A DNA stretch of 61,055 nt, the filler included. It is 7 parts of 7 records of this genome, joined end to end, with 100 filler letters (N's around TTAATTAATTAA, not from the genome) between each part and the next. Parts side by side here need not be neighbours in the genome. Positions count along the whole stretch, not along the records: positions 48,790 to 54,237 come from SRR31156797_44481; positions 54,338 to 61,055 come from SRR31156797_44550; 5 more parts are not named here. One strand, 5' to 3'. A model generated the notes under the pieces. That model made no database searches. It was not told the origin of the DNA and was given only the letters and a program-made list of their open reading frames with translations. Shown here in pieces: positions 49,623-58,909 of the stretch; positions within the stretch are counted from its first letter, which is position 1, and the number at the start of each line of letters is the position of its first letter. The position numbers and the translations under genes are program-made.

Positions 49623-50966
49623 CTAGAGGGCGATCAAGGCGATGATCTGGATAATGACAATCGATGCGATACCCTGTACCAGGGTCACGCCCGTCTGGCA
49701 CTTATAGGCCGTCTTCGTATCCATGTCGGAAAACTGTGAGACTACCCAGAAATAACTGTCGTTGGCATGGGAAACGGTCATGGAGCCGGCTCCTATCGCC
49801 AGTACGGTCAGTACCTTGGCCAGTTCGGTGGTCAATCCCATCTGAGCCATAAGGGGGGCGACCATGGCCGAGGTGATGATCATGGCGACTGTTGAGGCGC
49901 CCATGGCGGTTTTCAGCAGCATGGCGATGATAAAGGGGATCAGGAGCCCCAGGTTGAACTGAAGCAGGGAGCTGCTCAGGGCGTCGGCCAGGGGGAGCTC
50001 TCTCAGCATCTGTCCCAGCGCGCCGCCGGCACCGGTGATAGCCAGGATGGACGCGGAGTGTTTGATCCCTTCTGAAATCCAGTTGAAGGTCTCTTCCTTT
50101 TCCTTTTGGGGGATCAGCGTGGTCGCCAGTCCGATGCCCAGGATCAGGGCCGTCACGGGATTACCGATAAAATCAAAGAAGTTCTTCAGAAATCCGTCTC
50201 CGAAGGGGGCTGAGGGAAAGTCTGCGATCGACTTGAAGGCAATGAGTATGATGGGAAGGATAATGGGAGCGAAGCTCTGTACCACGCCGGGAAGTTTGCC
50301 GTACTTTGACAGAAGATCTTCCAGACTCACCTCGGGATTGGCGTCGATCTGGTATCGGGCCGCCACCTTCACGGCGTAGAACCACCCGGCCAGCATGACG
50401 GGGATGGAAACGATAAGCCCGGTGATGATGACGAGTCCCAGGTCGGCGTTCAGGGTTCCGGCCATAATGATGGGGCCGGGGGTCGGGGGAACGAGACAGT
50501 GGGTCGCATAGAGACCGGAGCTGAGAGCCGTAGCCATGACTGCCAGCGAAATCCCGGACTTCTCTGCCAGAGCTCTGTTGATGGGAGACAGAATGACGAA
50601 TCCCGAGTCACAGAATACGGGGATGCTGGCGACGTAACCGGTGAGGCTCATGGTGAGGGGAGCCCGTTTCTTTCCAACCAGATTGAGGATGGAGTTCGCC
50701 ATGGTCAGGGCCGCTCCGGTCTTCTCCAGAATGGTTCCGATGATGGTTCCGGCTATGATGACGATTCCGATATTGCCCAGGATCCCTCCGAATCCCTTCT
50801 TGATCACGTCGATGATCTTGTCTACGGGCAATCCCGTTGCAAGGCCCACGAAGTAGGTGGCGAGAAGCAGCACGATAAAAGGGTGCCACTTCATTTTCGA
50901 GATGAGCAAAATCATCCCGACGATGGCGATGAGAATTATTCCGAATAGAAACAATCCGCTTGTCAT
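49623..50966 (-). CDS. GntP-family permease (gluconate/glycerate-type)
   Basis: LEKTGAA, IPVFCDSGFV, PPTPGP, SHANDSYFWVV; AGGAGG RBS. Confidence 0.93.
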   Translation of the reverse strand: MTSGLFLFGIILIAIVGMILLISKMKWHPFIVLLLATYFVGLATGLPVDKIIDVIKKGFGGILGNIGIVIIAGTIIGTILEKTGAALTMANSILNLVGKKRAPLTMSLTGYVASIPVFCDSGFVILSPINRALAEKSGISLAVMATALSSGLYATHCLVPPTPGPIIMAGTLNADLGLVIITGLIVSIPVMLAGWFYAVKVAARYQIDANPEVSLEDLLSKYGKLPGVVQSFAPIILPIILIAFKSIADFPSAPFGDGFLKNFFDFIGNPVTALILGIGLATTLIPQKEKEETFNWISEGIKHSASILAITGAGGALGQMLRELPLADALSSSLLQFNLGLLIPFIIAMLLKTAMGASTVAMIITSAMVAPLMAQMGLTTELAKVLTVLAIGAGSMTVSHANDSYFWVVSQFSDMDTKTAYKCQTGVTLVQGIASIVIIQIIALIAL

Positions 50967-51003
50967 AGATTCCTCCTTAAGAGAATTTTAAAATTTCAAA
51001 AAG

Positions 51004-51843
51004 TCAGCTGAGTATCAGCGAACTTCCTGTTCTGTTGTGGAAAAACCTTGAATCGGTCTTGCTCAAGGTTTGCATGACCTCCGTACCTGTGCAGTGGGAG
51101 ACGCCGATGACCTCGCAGCCCAGTTCGAACAGATATCTTGTGGCGGCCTTGAGCTGCCGCTCTCCCGCCTCTACGAGATGGGTTCCCCCCAGTACGGCAT
51201 AGATCTTTTTTGAAAAATGGCCGCGGACCGTGTCTATCATGTTCATAATCCCGGGATGGGAGCAGCCGCACAAAAGGATGAGTCCTTTGGGGCTGTCCAC
51301 GACCATCATGATCTCATCGTGGAAAAGGTCAGGCTCTAGGCCGTTGCCCGTCATAATGCGAAAGCGTTCATTGATCACTTCCTCGCTGTGGAGCCGGGTG
51401 AAATCGCCTACGATCCAGACTCCCTCGGCGAGGGATACCAGTCCGTCCCTATGTTCGTGAACAGGACAGCCGTGATCCTCCAGATCCTTCCGGGTGAAGT
51501 CATTTCCCAGGAATTCGGCTCTGTTGTTCTGTAGCCCGTATTTGGGGAGAAAGAAGCCTTCGCGGATATGGATCTCCGGCTTGAACTCCCTTCCCCCTTC
51601 GTCCAGAAGGGAATTCACTCCCCCGCTGTGATCGTAGTGGCCGTGGCTGATGATGACGTGCTTCACCTTGAACAGGTCAAGGGCCAGCTTCCGGGCGTTC
51701 CGGATGAGGGCATCTCCCTGGCCCGTATCGAAGAGGTAAGACTCCCCGTCCCTCTCTATGAGAAAGGACAATCCGTGCTCATGGATAAGGCCCAGGTGTT
51801 CCCCGCTGCTGTTTTCCACGAGTGTTGTGATTCTGATAAACAA
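51004..51843 (-). CDS. MBL-fold metallo-hydrolase (COG1237-like)
   Basis: EHGLS, FDTG, SHGHYDHSGG, GCSHPG, GGTHL, HCTG; TTG start with AGGAG RBS. Confidence 0.9.
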   Translation of the reverse strand: MFIRITTLVENSSGEHLGLIHEHGLSFLIERDGESYLFDTGQGDALIRNARKLALDLFKVKHVIISHGHYDHSGGVNSLLDEGGREFKPEIHIREGFFLPKYGLQNNRAEFLGNDFTRKDLEDHGCPVHEHRDGLVSLAEGVWIVGDFTRLHSEEVINERFRIMTGNGLEPDLFHDEIMMVVDSPKGLILLCGCSHPGIMNMIDTVRGHFSKKIYAVLGGTHLVEAGERQLKAATRYLFELGCEVIGVSHCTGTEVMQTLSKTDSRFFHNRTGSSLILS

Positions 51844-51876
51844 AATATACTCCTATAAGTTCTGATCAGGCTGTAA

Positions 51877-52569
51877 TCAGGTGTTGCTGCGCATATACTC
51901 CTTAATCTCTCTTAAAGCGTTCTCCAGGTGATTGAGCATGGCCCTTTCCGCGCCCTCCGGATCGCGGGCCTTGATGGCTTCGAAAACGGCCCTGTGCTCT
52001 TCTACGGTTTTCTCCGCCCTTCCCGGAATGCTGAGGCTGGAAATCCAACCCTCGTTCAGGTTCTCGGACATGGTCTTCATAAGGGCGAAGAGGCTGCGGT
52101 TCTTGGTGGATTTGGCCATAAGGAGATGGAACTTCCTGTCGCTTTTTATCTCTCCCTCAAGATTTCCCGTGCCCAACTGTCCGTCGAACAGTATCAGCTG
52201 CTCCTCCATGTCTCGAATGTCCTTGTCCACCGCATTCCGAGCCGCCGAGGCCGCCGCTTTTGGATCCAGGATCATTCTCAGCTCAAAGTGCTCGTCCAGT
52301 TGTGAACTGTTGCTTTTCAACCATGAGGCGAAGCTGTCCATGCCCTGTTCCAGTTTGTTCTGCACGAAAATGCCCTTGCCCTGACGGACAGTGACCCGTC
52401 CGGATATCTCAAGGATACGGACGGCTTCCCGGATGGATGCCCTGCTGACATCAAGCTTCTTTGTCAGTTCGTTCTCCGAATAGAACTTGTCTCCGTTGCC
52501 GAATCCTTCCTCCCTGATCATACGGTCGATCTCTTCAACCACCTGTTCCGAAAGTCTTGATCTTCTCAT
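51877..52569 (-). CDS. GntR/FadR-family transcription regulator
   Basis: SENEL...LDVSRASIREA..L...G......GKG.FV wHTH; FCD domain D..FH, EH..V..AI; GGAGAG RBS. Confidence 0.92.
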   Translation of the reverse strand: MRRSRLSEQVVEEIDRMIREEGFGNGDKFYSENELTKKLDVSRASIREAVRILEISGRVTVRQGKGIFVQNKLEQGMDSFASWLKSNSSQLDEHFELRMILDPKAAASAARNAVDKDIRDMEEQLILFDGQLGTGNLEGEIKSDRKFHLLMAKSTKNRSLFALMKTMSENLNEGWISSLSIPGRAEKTVEEHRAVFEAIKARDPEGAERAMLNHLENALREIKEYMRSNT

Positions 52570-52592
52570 AAATCTCTCCAGCCTTCTTATAG

Positions 52593-52645
52593 GATGTCTG
52601 CTTATCAGACAAGTGATTGTAGCAGTCACCCCCAAGAGCTGTCAA
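52593..52645 (-). promoter_or_regulatory. sigma70 promoter plus operator copy 1, upstream of the FadR gene
   Basis: Minus-strand TTGACA(52645-40)-18-TACAAT(52621-16); operator GATGTCTGCTTATCAGACAAGT at 52593-52614. Confidence 0.8.
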
Positions 52646-52675
52646 ACTCCGTATCCGTCCTGTCGTTCCCAGTGT

Positions 52676-53242
52676 TCAGACAAGCTTAAAAAAATCTACG
52701 GCCTCATTGATGGACTCCGCAAGGGTTCTCATCTCGACGGCCACGACCTTGAAGCCGTTTCCTTCCCTGCCGATCTTGGCAGCCTGAATAGAGCCGTTGA
52801 GGGAGAGCACGGTCATAGCCTCGGCAATATGGTTGATCCTGTTCACCGCTTCATCACGAAGCTTCTCTTTGTCCGCTCTCTCCTCATCCCGGGCAATGGT
52901 CTCTTCGACGATTACCGTGGCCATTTTCTGAAGGGGCTTGACCAGCTCCGGATCTCCGCCTATGCCGATGCATCCGATCAGTTGCCTCCGGTAGTAGATG
53001 CCGCCGTTGTAACCGGCCTTGGCGCCCTGGATCTCTTTTGCCATGGAGGGGGTTATCGCGATCTCCCTGACCTCCTTGTTTATGATCCTGGCTCCGCCTT
53101 CGTGAATGCTTCCGATCCTCGAGCGATCGGCAGAGGCGATGATTCTGCCTCCCTCCGTCATGATGTTCACATCCCCTCCGGTTATTCCATGGATAATGCT
53201 GACCACCTTGTCTGACAGTTCTTTCGTTATCGTATACGCCAT
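52676..53242 (-). CDS. Sugar-diacid recognition (CdaR-N) domain fused to a minimal MCP signalling hairpin
   Basis: N-terminus VNIM...G.IIAS.D.SRIG.IHEG..IGIGGDP; C-terminus INHIA....LSLNGSIQAAKIG.EG.GF.VVA.EMR.LA. Confidence 0.85.
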   Translation of the reverse strand: MAYTITKELSDKVVSIIHGITGGDVNIMTEGGRIIASADRSRIGSIHEGGARIINKEVREIAITPSMAKEIQGAKAGYNGGIYYRRQLIGCIGIGGDPELVKPLQKMATVIVEETIARDEERADKEKLRDEAVNRINHIAEAMTVLSLNGSIQAAKIGREGNGFKVVAVEMRTLAESINEAVDFFKLV

Positions 53243-53340
53243 TGAGTCCTGCTGTTATCCGGGAACGGCCGGGATCTTAGGATCGCGGGATCTGTCTCCC
53301 TTCGGATTTTACATAAAAAGCATTAAGGGTCTGCATAGTA

Positions 53341-53393
53341 GATGTCTACTTATCAGACAAGTTGAGGTTAACATGAGCAAATGCTGCTGTCAA
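53341..53393 (-). promoter_or_regulatory. sigma70 promoter plus operator copy 2, upstream of the diacid sensor
   Basis: Minus-strand TTGACA(53393-88)-17-TAACCT(53370-65); operator GATGTCTACTTATCAGACAAGT at 53341-53362. Confidence 0.8.
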
Positions 53394-53438
53394 CGTATTA
53401 TTTCACCTGTCGGGTAAAAATGATTTGAAAAATAAAGA

Positions 53439-53492
53439 TTGACAGTTTGTGTAAAGATATCTTAACATAACGAATGTAAAGAAATCTTTACT
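53439..53492 (+). promoter_or_regulatory. sigma70 promoter overlapped by two palindromic operators
   Basis: TTGACA(53439-44)-18-TAACAT(53463-68); TGTAAAGATATCTTAACA at 53450-67 and TGTAAAGAAATCTTTACT at 53475-92. Confidence 0.7.
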
Positions 53493-53554
53493 TAATCCGC
53501 TGGCTCAGTGCTGGCGATCTGGTTTTAAGGGCCCATCGGCACCAAAGGATAGTA

Positions 53555-53643
53555 TCTGCCGAAGCTCCAGCGGAGCTATGGCAGAGCATAAGGCCCTTCG
53601 CAGCTATCCAGGTAAATCACCGAAGCTCCAGCGGAGCTTCGGT
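53555..53643 (+). repeat. Two copies of a hairpin motif CCGAAGCTCCAGCGGAGCT in the 5' leader
   Basis: 19-nt identity at 53559-77 and 53620-38; each copy folds as a hairpin with its own flanking stem. Confidence 0.85.
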
Positions 53644-53661
53644 AGAATATAGGAGTGAAAA

Positions 53662-54237
53662 ATGAGAAATCTTTGGAAGAAGTCGCTTTTGGCGCTGCTG
53701 GTTTTCATGCTGGCAGGGAATTTTGCGTTTGCCGCTGGGAGCCAGGAGGAGGCGGCGCCCGAGGCAGAGGCCGTGGAAGAGGTCCCTATGACCCATGACG
53801 AACTCGTGGCGGCTGCTCAGGCTGAGGGAAAGGTCGTGGTGTACTCCGTTACTAGCCGGATCGCCAAAGCCGCGGCGGCGTTTACCGAAAAGTACGGCAT
53901 CGAAGTGGAAGCATCCAATATGAAAGACTTCGAACTGATCGAGAAGATCTCGAAAGAGGGAAGCACCGGCGCGATCGGAGCGGACTTCGTTATCTGCCAG
54001 GACGGCGGGCGCGTTATGGGAGAGCTGATGAATCTGGAGTTCCTGTACAACTATGTTCCCCCCACCATGGCCGATGTGATTCCAGAGGAATTCCAGAGCC
54101 CCCTGGCTTTCGCCTTTATCAACAAGGTCTTCATCTTTAACGACGAGATGTCTTCAGAGTATCCCTTCACCAATATCTGGGCGCTGACCACCGAAGAGTG
54201 GAAGGGCCATTTCCAGTTCAAGAATCCCTTCCAGGAA
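53662..54237 (+). CDS. ABC transporter substrate-binding protein (Fe3+/polyamine/sugar-phosphate AfuA-like class); 3' truncated
   Basis: Spirochaetal signal FAAGSQE, ELVAAAQAEGKVVVYS, AFTEKYGI; AGGAG RBS. Confidence 0.82.
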
Positions 54238-54337
54238 NNNNNNNNNNNNNNNNNNNNNNNNNNNNNNNNNNNNNNNNNNNNTTAATTAATTAANNNNNNN
54301 NNNNNNNNNNNNNNNNNNNNNNNNNNNNNNNNNNNNN
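54238..54337. other. Artificial contig spacer
   Basis: 44 N + TTAATTAATTAA + 44 N. Confidence 0.99.
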
Positions 54338-54645
54338 TCTTCATCGGTCTCGGGCTTCCAGCCGCTATCCTCGATCGCCTGCATGGCGGCGCACATCCCG
54401 TAGAGGATGAAACGATCGACCCGACGCGCTTCCTTCGCCGACATCCAGTCATCGGGATTGAAAAGCCCATCCGCCGTATCGCCCTCGGGAATTTGCCCGC
54501 CGATCTTGGCAGAGAGGTCCGATACGTCGAAATTCTCGATGCCCCGAATACCCGACCGCCCCTCGAGCAGGCGTTCCCAACTGGGATTAACCCCACATCC
54601 GAGGGAGTTGAGCAGACCAAGGCCGGTGACGACAACGCGTCTCAT
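54338..54645 (-). CDS. fabF: Beta-ketoacyl-ACP synthase II; 3' truncated
   Basis: MRRVVVTGLG, W..LL.G.SGI, DRFI.YG; follows acpP. Confidence 0.92.
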
Positions 54646-54733
54646 GGCAGCAGATAATCCTGTCTCGCACGGAGGGCCGCAATTCCCGGCGTGGGCAGGC
54701 AGCACTCCACTGGCATTCCGTCAGAAAATCGCT

Positions 54734-54970
54734 TTACGAATCCTGGGACTCGATGAAACCGATGGCGTCATTGATGGTGAGGATCTTCTCCGCCGCATCG
54801 TCAGGGATCTCGCAGTTGAATTCCTCTTCAAACGCCATGACGAGTTCAACGGTGTCCAGGCTGTCAGCGCCCAGGTCATCGATAAAGCTCGCGTTCTCGG
54901 TAACCTTGGATTCCTCGACTCCGAGATGCTCCACGACGATTTTCTTAACGCGGTCAGCAACGTCACTCAT
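54734..54970 (-). CDS. acpP: Acyl carrier protein
   Basis: [20 protein letters not shown]. Confidence 0.98.
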   Translation of the reverse strand: MSDVADRVKKIVVEHLGVEESKVTENASFIDDLGADSLDTVELVMAFEEEFNCEIPDDAAEKILTINDAIGFIESQDS

Positions 54971-55132
54971 CTTTTATTTCCTAGCCTGTTCCATGGTGTA
55001 AAACACTTCGATTCGGGCGTCACCGCCACATTCCTCCAGGGACTTCCCAGGGGCCGCGCCGGTGCCGGAAGGCCTCTCTCGTAACACACTTTTCCGACCT
55101 TGGCCAGCGCCCAGAAAACCCTTCAAAAGAGC

Positions 55133-55870
55133 CTAGATCATCGCCATTCCACCGTTAACGTGAATGGTTTGTCCGGTCACGTAGGCAGCCTCGTCGCTGG
55201 CCAGATAGGCAACGGCTGAGGCAACGTCGTCCGCGGTGCCAAGTCGGCCGCCCGGAATATTGGCGACAAGACGTTCCTTCTGTTCGTCGGCAAGGACGTC
55301 CGTCATCGGGGTTGCGATGAAACCCGGGGCGACGCAATTGACTGTAATTCCGCGCGAGGCGACCTCCTGGGCCAGGCATTTCGATGCCGCGATCATGCCG
55401 CCCTTCGAAGCCGCATAGTTGGCCTGTCCGGCATTGCCGGTGACCCCGACGATGGAAGCAATGCCGATAATACGTCCGCCGCGCTGTTTCATCATCGGCC
55501 GCAGGCAGGCCCGGGCCAGACGAAAAGCCGCCGTCAGATTGACGTCGATGACAAGCTGCCATTCCTCGTCTTTCATGCGCATGGCCAGATTGTCCCGGGT
55601 CAGACCGGCGTTGTTGACCAAGATGTCGATTTTGCCCATCGCCTTGCCGGCCTGCTCGATCAACTCGACGGCGGCCGTTTCGTCGGTCAGATTGGCCTCG
55701 AACACATGCACGCGGTCGCCGAGTTCGGCGGCCAGGGTTTCCATCCCGGCGCGGTTCATATCGGTCAACGCCACGGTCGCGCCCTGCCCATGAAGCTGCC
55801 GGGCGATGGCCCCGCCGATGCCACCTGCGGCGCCGGTGATCAGCGCGAATTTTCCGGTAAAATCGAACAT
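55133..55870 (-). CDS. fabG: 3-oxoacyl-ACP reductase
   Basis: TGAAGGIG, NNAG, YAASK, VNGGM. Confidence 0.96.
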   Translation of the reverse strand: MFDFTGKFALITGAAGGIGGAIARQLHGQGATVALTDMNRAGMETLAAELGDRVHVFEANLTDETAAVELIEQAGKAMGKIDILVNNAGLTRDNLAMRMKDEEWQLVIDVNLTAAFRLARACLRPMMKQRGGRIIGIASIVGVTGNAGQANYAASKGGMIAASKCLAQEVASRGITVNCVAPGFIATPMTDVLADEQKERLVANIPGGRLGTADDVASAVAYLASDEAAYVTGQTIHVNGGMAMI

Positions 55871-55896
55871 GGGTCGGCTCTCCCTCCTGCGGTTCG

Positions 55897-56838
55897 TCAC
55901 AACGACTTGACGAATTCCTCGATTTCCGCCGGCGTCCCGACGGCCTGCCCGGTAAGCTCGCGGTCGATGCGCCGCGTCAAACCGGACAATACTTTGCCGG
56001 CGCCGATCTCGATGATCTCCTCGACGCCCAGTTCCTTCATGGCAAGAACGCTTTCGCGCCAGCGGACCGTCGACGTCACCTGTTCGACCAGCAATTCACG
56101 GATGCGATCGGCATCTTCGATGGGTGCGGCGGTCACGTTGGCAATCACCGGCACGGCCGGATCTTTCAGGTCGACTCCGGACAGGGCTTCGCGCATGACA
56201 TCGGCGGCCGGCGCCAGCAACGAACTGTGGAACGGCGCACTGACCGGCAGCATGACGCATTTGCGCGCACCCCGTTCACGGGCGATTTCGGTCGCCTTTT
56301 CGACGGCTGCGATCTCGCCGCTAACCACAACCTGGCCCGGCGCGTTGTCATTGGCGGTTTCGCAGACACCTGCCGAAGACGCTTCTTCGGCAATCTCGCC
56401 GGCGACGTCCATGTCGATGCCAAGAAGGGCCGCCATGCCACCGACGCCGACCGGCACCGCATCCTGCATGGCCTTGCCGCGGATTTTCAAAAGCCGGGCC
56501 GCATCGGCAACCGAGAAGGTGCCGGCCGCGGCCAAGGCCGAATATTCACCCAGGGAATGACCGGCAACATAGGCGGCCGCATCCTTGACCGCGAACGACG
56601 CCTCGTCGCGCAAAACCCGCATGACGGCAAGGCTGACCGCCATCAGCGCCGGCTGGGCGTTTTCGGTCAGGGTCAGTTCGTCGGCCGGGCCTTCGAACAT
56701 CAGGCCGGTCAATTTCTGCCCCAAAGCGTCGTCGACCTCTTCAAACAACTGGCGGGCCACGGGAAAGGCCTCGGCCAACTCGCGGCCCATGCCGACGGCC
56801 TGCGAGCCCTGTCCTGGAAATACCAAAGCACGGGTCAT
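55897..56838 (-). CDS. fabD: Malonyl-CoA:ACP transacylase
   Basis: FPGQGSQ, GHSLGEY, VSAPFH. Confidence 0.97.
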   Translation of the reverse strand: MTRALVFPGQGSQAVGMGRELAEAFPVARQLFEEVDDALGQKLTGLMFEGPADELTLTENAQPALMAVSLAVMRVLRDEASFAVKDAAAYVAGHSLGEYSALAAAGTFSVADAARLLKIRGKAMQDAVPVGVGGMAALLGIDMDVAGEIAEEASSAGVCETANDNAPGQVVVSGEIAAVEKATEIARERGARKCVMLPVSAPFHSSLLAPAADVMREALSGVDLKDPAVPVIANVTAAPIEDADRIRELLVEQVTSTVRWRESVLAMKELGVEEIIEIGAGKVLSGLTRRIDRELTGQAVGTPAEIEEFVKSL

Positions 56839-56924
56839 GTTTCTTGGATACCTGTCCGATATTCGGGTTTCGGGTTCAAAGTGGCGGCAAGTGATAGCGC
56901 TTATGCCGCCGGTGTCAAGCGCGC

Positions 56925-56952
56925 TTGCACGCCTGCCTAATATGTGTATAGT
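56925..56952 (+). promoter_or_regulatory. Probable sigma70 promoter of the rpsF operon
   Basis: TTGCAC-16-TATAGT; a divergent TTGACA at 56918-13 may serve fabD. Confidence 0.5.
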
Positions 56953-57058
56953 GCCGCGCCTTGTTCTCTGTGCCGGGTGATACCCGGCTATGCTCGGGCA
57001 TCCTGGGGCGTTCGGCCTTATGGAGCGGCGGGCTGAGAAAAGCCAGACGGAGAGAAAA

Positions 57059-57586
57059 ATGCCGAATTACGAGAACGTGTTCATCGCACGTCAGGATATC
57101 TCTGCCACACAGGTCGACTCGCTTACGGATGCCTTTGCCGGCGCCATTGAAAACATGGGCGGCAAGGTTGCCAAGCGCGAGTACTGGGGGCTGAAGAACC
57201 TGGCGTACCGTATCAAGAAAAACCGTAAGGGCCATTACGTGCTTCTCAACCTGGAAGCACCCGCTGACGCCGTCCAGGAAATGGAACGCCAGATGCGGAT
57301 CAACGAAGACATCCTTCGCTATCTGACGGTTCGCGTCGATGAGCTGGAGGAAGGACCTTCGGTGATGATGCAAAGCCGTGGCGATCGGCGGGGTGGCGGC
57401 CGTGGCGACCGCAGCTTCGGCGACGACCGCGAATCCGGACGTGACGGCCGCCGTGGTCCGCGCCGCGATGCCGCAGCCGATGCCGAACCGGCCAAAGAGG
57501 CCGCTGCCGAGCCGACCAAAGAGGCCGCTGCTGAACCGGCCGCGGAGGCTGCCGTAGAACCGGCCGCAGAAGGAGAAGAGAAATGA
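57059..57586 (+). CDS. rpsF: 30S ribosomal protein S6 with long low-complexity tail
   Basis: [37 protein letters not shown]. Confidence 0.97.
   Translation: MPNYENVFIARQDISATQVDSLTDAFAGAIENMGGKVAKREYWGLKNLAYRIKKNRKGHYVLLNLEAPADAVQEMERQMRINEDILRYLTVRVDELEEGPSVMMQSRGDRRGGGRGDRSFGDDRESGRDGRRGPRRDAAADAEPAKEAAAEPTKEAAAEPAAEAAVEPAAEGEEK
57476..57571 (+). repeat. 4 x 24-nt in-frame tandem repeat in the S6 tail
   Basis: Encodes [32 protein letters not shown]. Confidence 0.85.
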
Positions 57587-57861
57587 GCCCGACCGAACAA
57601 GTCGAAGAATCCGGTGGCCAATCCGGTGGTGGCGGTCGGCGCAAGCCGTTCGTTCGTCGGCGCAAGACCTGCCCGTTCTCGGGCAAGAACGCGCCGAAGA
57701 TCGACTATAAGGACGTAAGGCTGTTGCAGCGCTACGTCTCGGAGCGCGGCAAGATGGTGCCCAGTCGCATCACCGCCGTGTCGGCGAAGAAGCAACGGGC
57801 ATTGTCGCGGGCGGTCAAACGGGCCCGCTATCTGGCCCTGTTGCCGTACCTCATCAAATAG
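57583..57861 (+). CDS. rpsR: 30S ribosomal protein S18
   Basis: [26 protein letters not shown]. Confidence 0.97.
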   Translation: MSPTEQVEESGGQSGGGGRRKPFVRRRKTCPFSGKNAPKIDYKDVRLLQRYVSERGKMVPSRITAVSAKKQRALSRAVKRARYLALLPYLIK

Positions 57862-57964
57862 GGACCTCGGGCGCACCGCTTTCGGTATCGTCGTTTGTGC
57901 GGTTTTGATGCCGCCAACGAAACCGAAAAACCGGGGCGTCGGCCAAGGTAGTCAAGGAAACCCC

Positions 57965-58909
57965 ATGTCCCGGCCCCTTCTCATCGCCCTCGGCGGCGGC
58001 ACAAGCGCAATCCTCGCGATTGCGTTCCTGGCCGGTTCGCCGATAATGCTGGTGATGGCGAATTTGGCGCCGTTGCCATTGTTTCTGGTCGGGCTGGGGT
58101 ATGGTGCGGCGGCCGGAACATTCGCGGTCGTGGTTGGGTTGCTTTTGTCGGGTCTGTTCGGCGGTGCCTTCACGGCCGGGCTATTCGGGATTATCCACGC
58201 CCTGCCGACCTGGCTTGCGATCCGCCAATCGTTGCTGAAACGGGTGGCCTCGGACGGGACGACCGATTGGTATCCGATCGGAGCCGTCCTTTGCTGGCTG
58301 ACGGCGTTGACCGGCGCACTGCTGATCGTCGCCGCACTTCTCAGCTATCAAAGCGGATCCGGGTTGGAAGCGGCCGTCACCGCCTACCTGACCGAAGTTC
58401 TGAGGATGTTCGTTCCGGTCATGGCCGAAGCGGAATCCCAGGGTGCCGCCGTCATCGATATCCTGGTGCCGTTTTTCCCGGCAACCGCCGCCATCTCCTG
58501 GTTGGCGGTTTTGGCGGGAAACGGGCTTTTCGCACAGGCGATCCTGGTTCGATCCGGGCGGAATCTCCGGCCAATGCCGAAAATCGACGATTTCGTCATT
58601 CCCGACTGGATTTCATGGCTGCTGGTCGGTTCCGCCGTCCTGGCCTTGGTCGGGTCCGGCGAAGCCGCCTATCTCGGCCGGAATCTGGCGGCGATCATGG
58701 CGGTTCCTTTTTTCGTGTTGGGAGTGGTCGTGGTTCACGCCCTGTCGAAGCTGGCACCGGCGTCCAAGTTCCTATTGATCGTTTTGTATTTGGTTCTGTT
58801 CCTTTCGGCGTGGGCCCGGTTGGCCGTCGCCGGATTGGGACTGGTTGAGCAGTGGGTCGGGATCCGGAGCCGTTTGGCCCGGCAGAATCCGTTGCAGGAG
58901 GACGAGTAA
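57965..58909 (+). CDS. DUF2232 (YybS-like) membrane protein
   Basis: Multi-TM protein with LAPLPL and DWYP.G; conserved alphaproteobacterial position between rpsR and rplI. Confidence 0.82.
   Translation: MSRPLLIALGGGTSAILAIAFLAGSPIMLVMANLAPLPLFLVGLGYGAAAGTFAVVVGLLLSGLFGGAFTAGLFGIIHALPTWLAIRQSLLKRVASDGTTDWYPIGAVLCWLTALTGALLIVAALLSYQSGSGLEAAVTAYLTEVLRMFVPVMAEAESQGAAVIDILVPFFPATAAISWLAVLAGNGLFAQAILVRSGRNLRPMPKIDDFVIPDWISWLLVGSAVLALVGSGEAAYLGRNLAAIMAVPFFVLGVVVVHALSKLAPASKFLLIVLYLVLFLSAWARLAVAGLGLVEQWVGIRSRLARQNPLQEDE

Noticed and set aside
53519..53611. Pistol- or HDV-type ribozyme in the ABC leader
   Set aside because: The AGGGC/GCCCU pseudoknot is superficially pistol-like, but helix order and conserved catalytic segments do not fit either class. 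Kept only as an unclassified structured leader.
9172..54337. Six identical N44-TTAATTAATTAA-N44 blocks resembling a regular repeat
   Set aside because: These are artificial contig joiners. ORFs running into X residues or ending in LIN are artefacts, and genes on different sides of a spacer are not neighbours.
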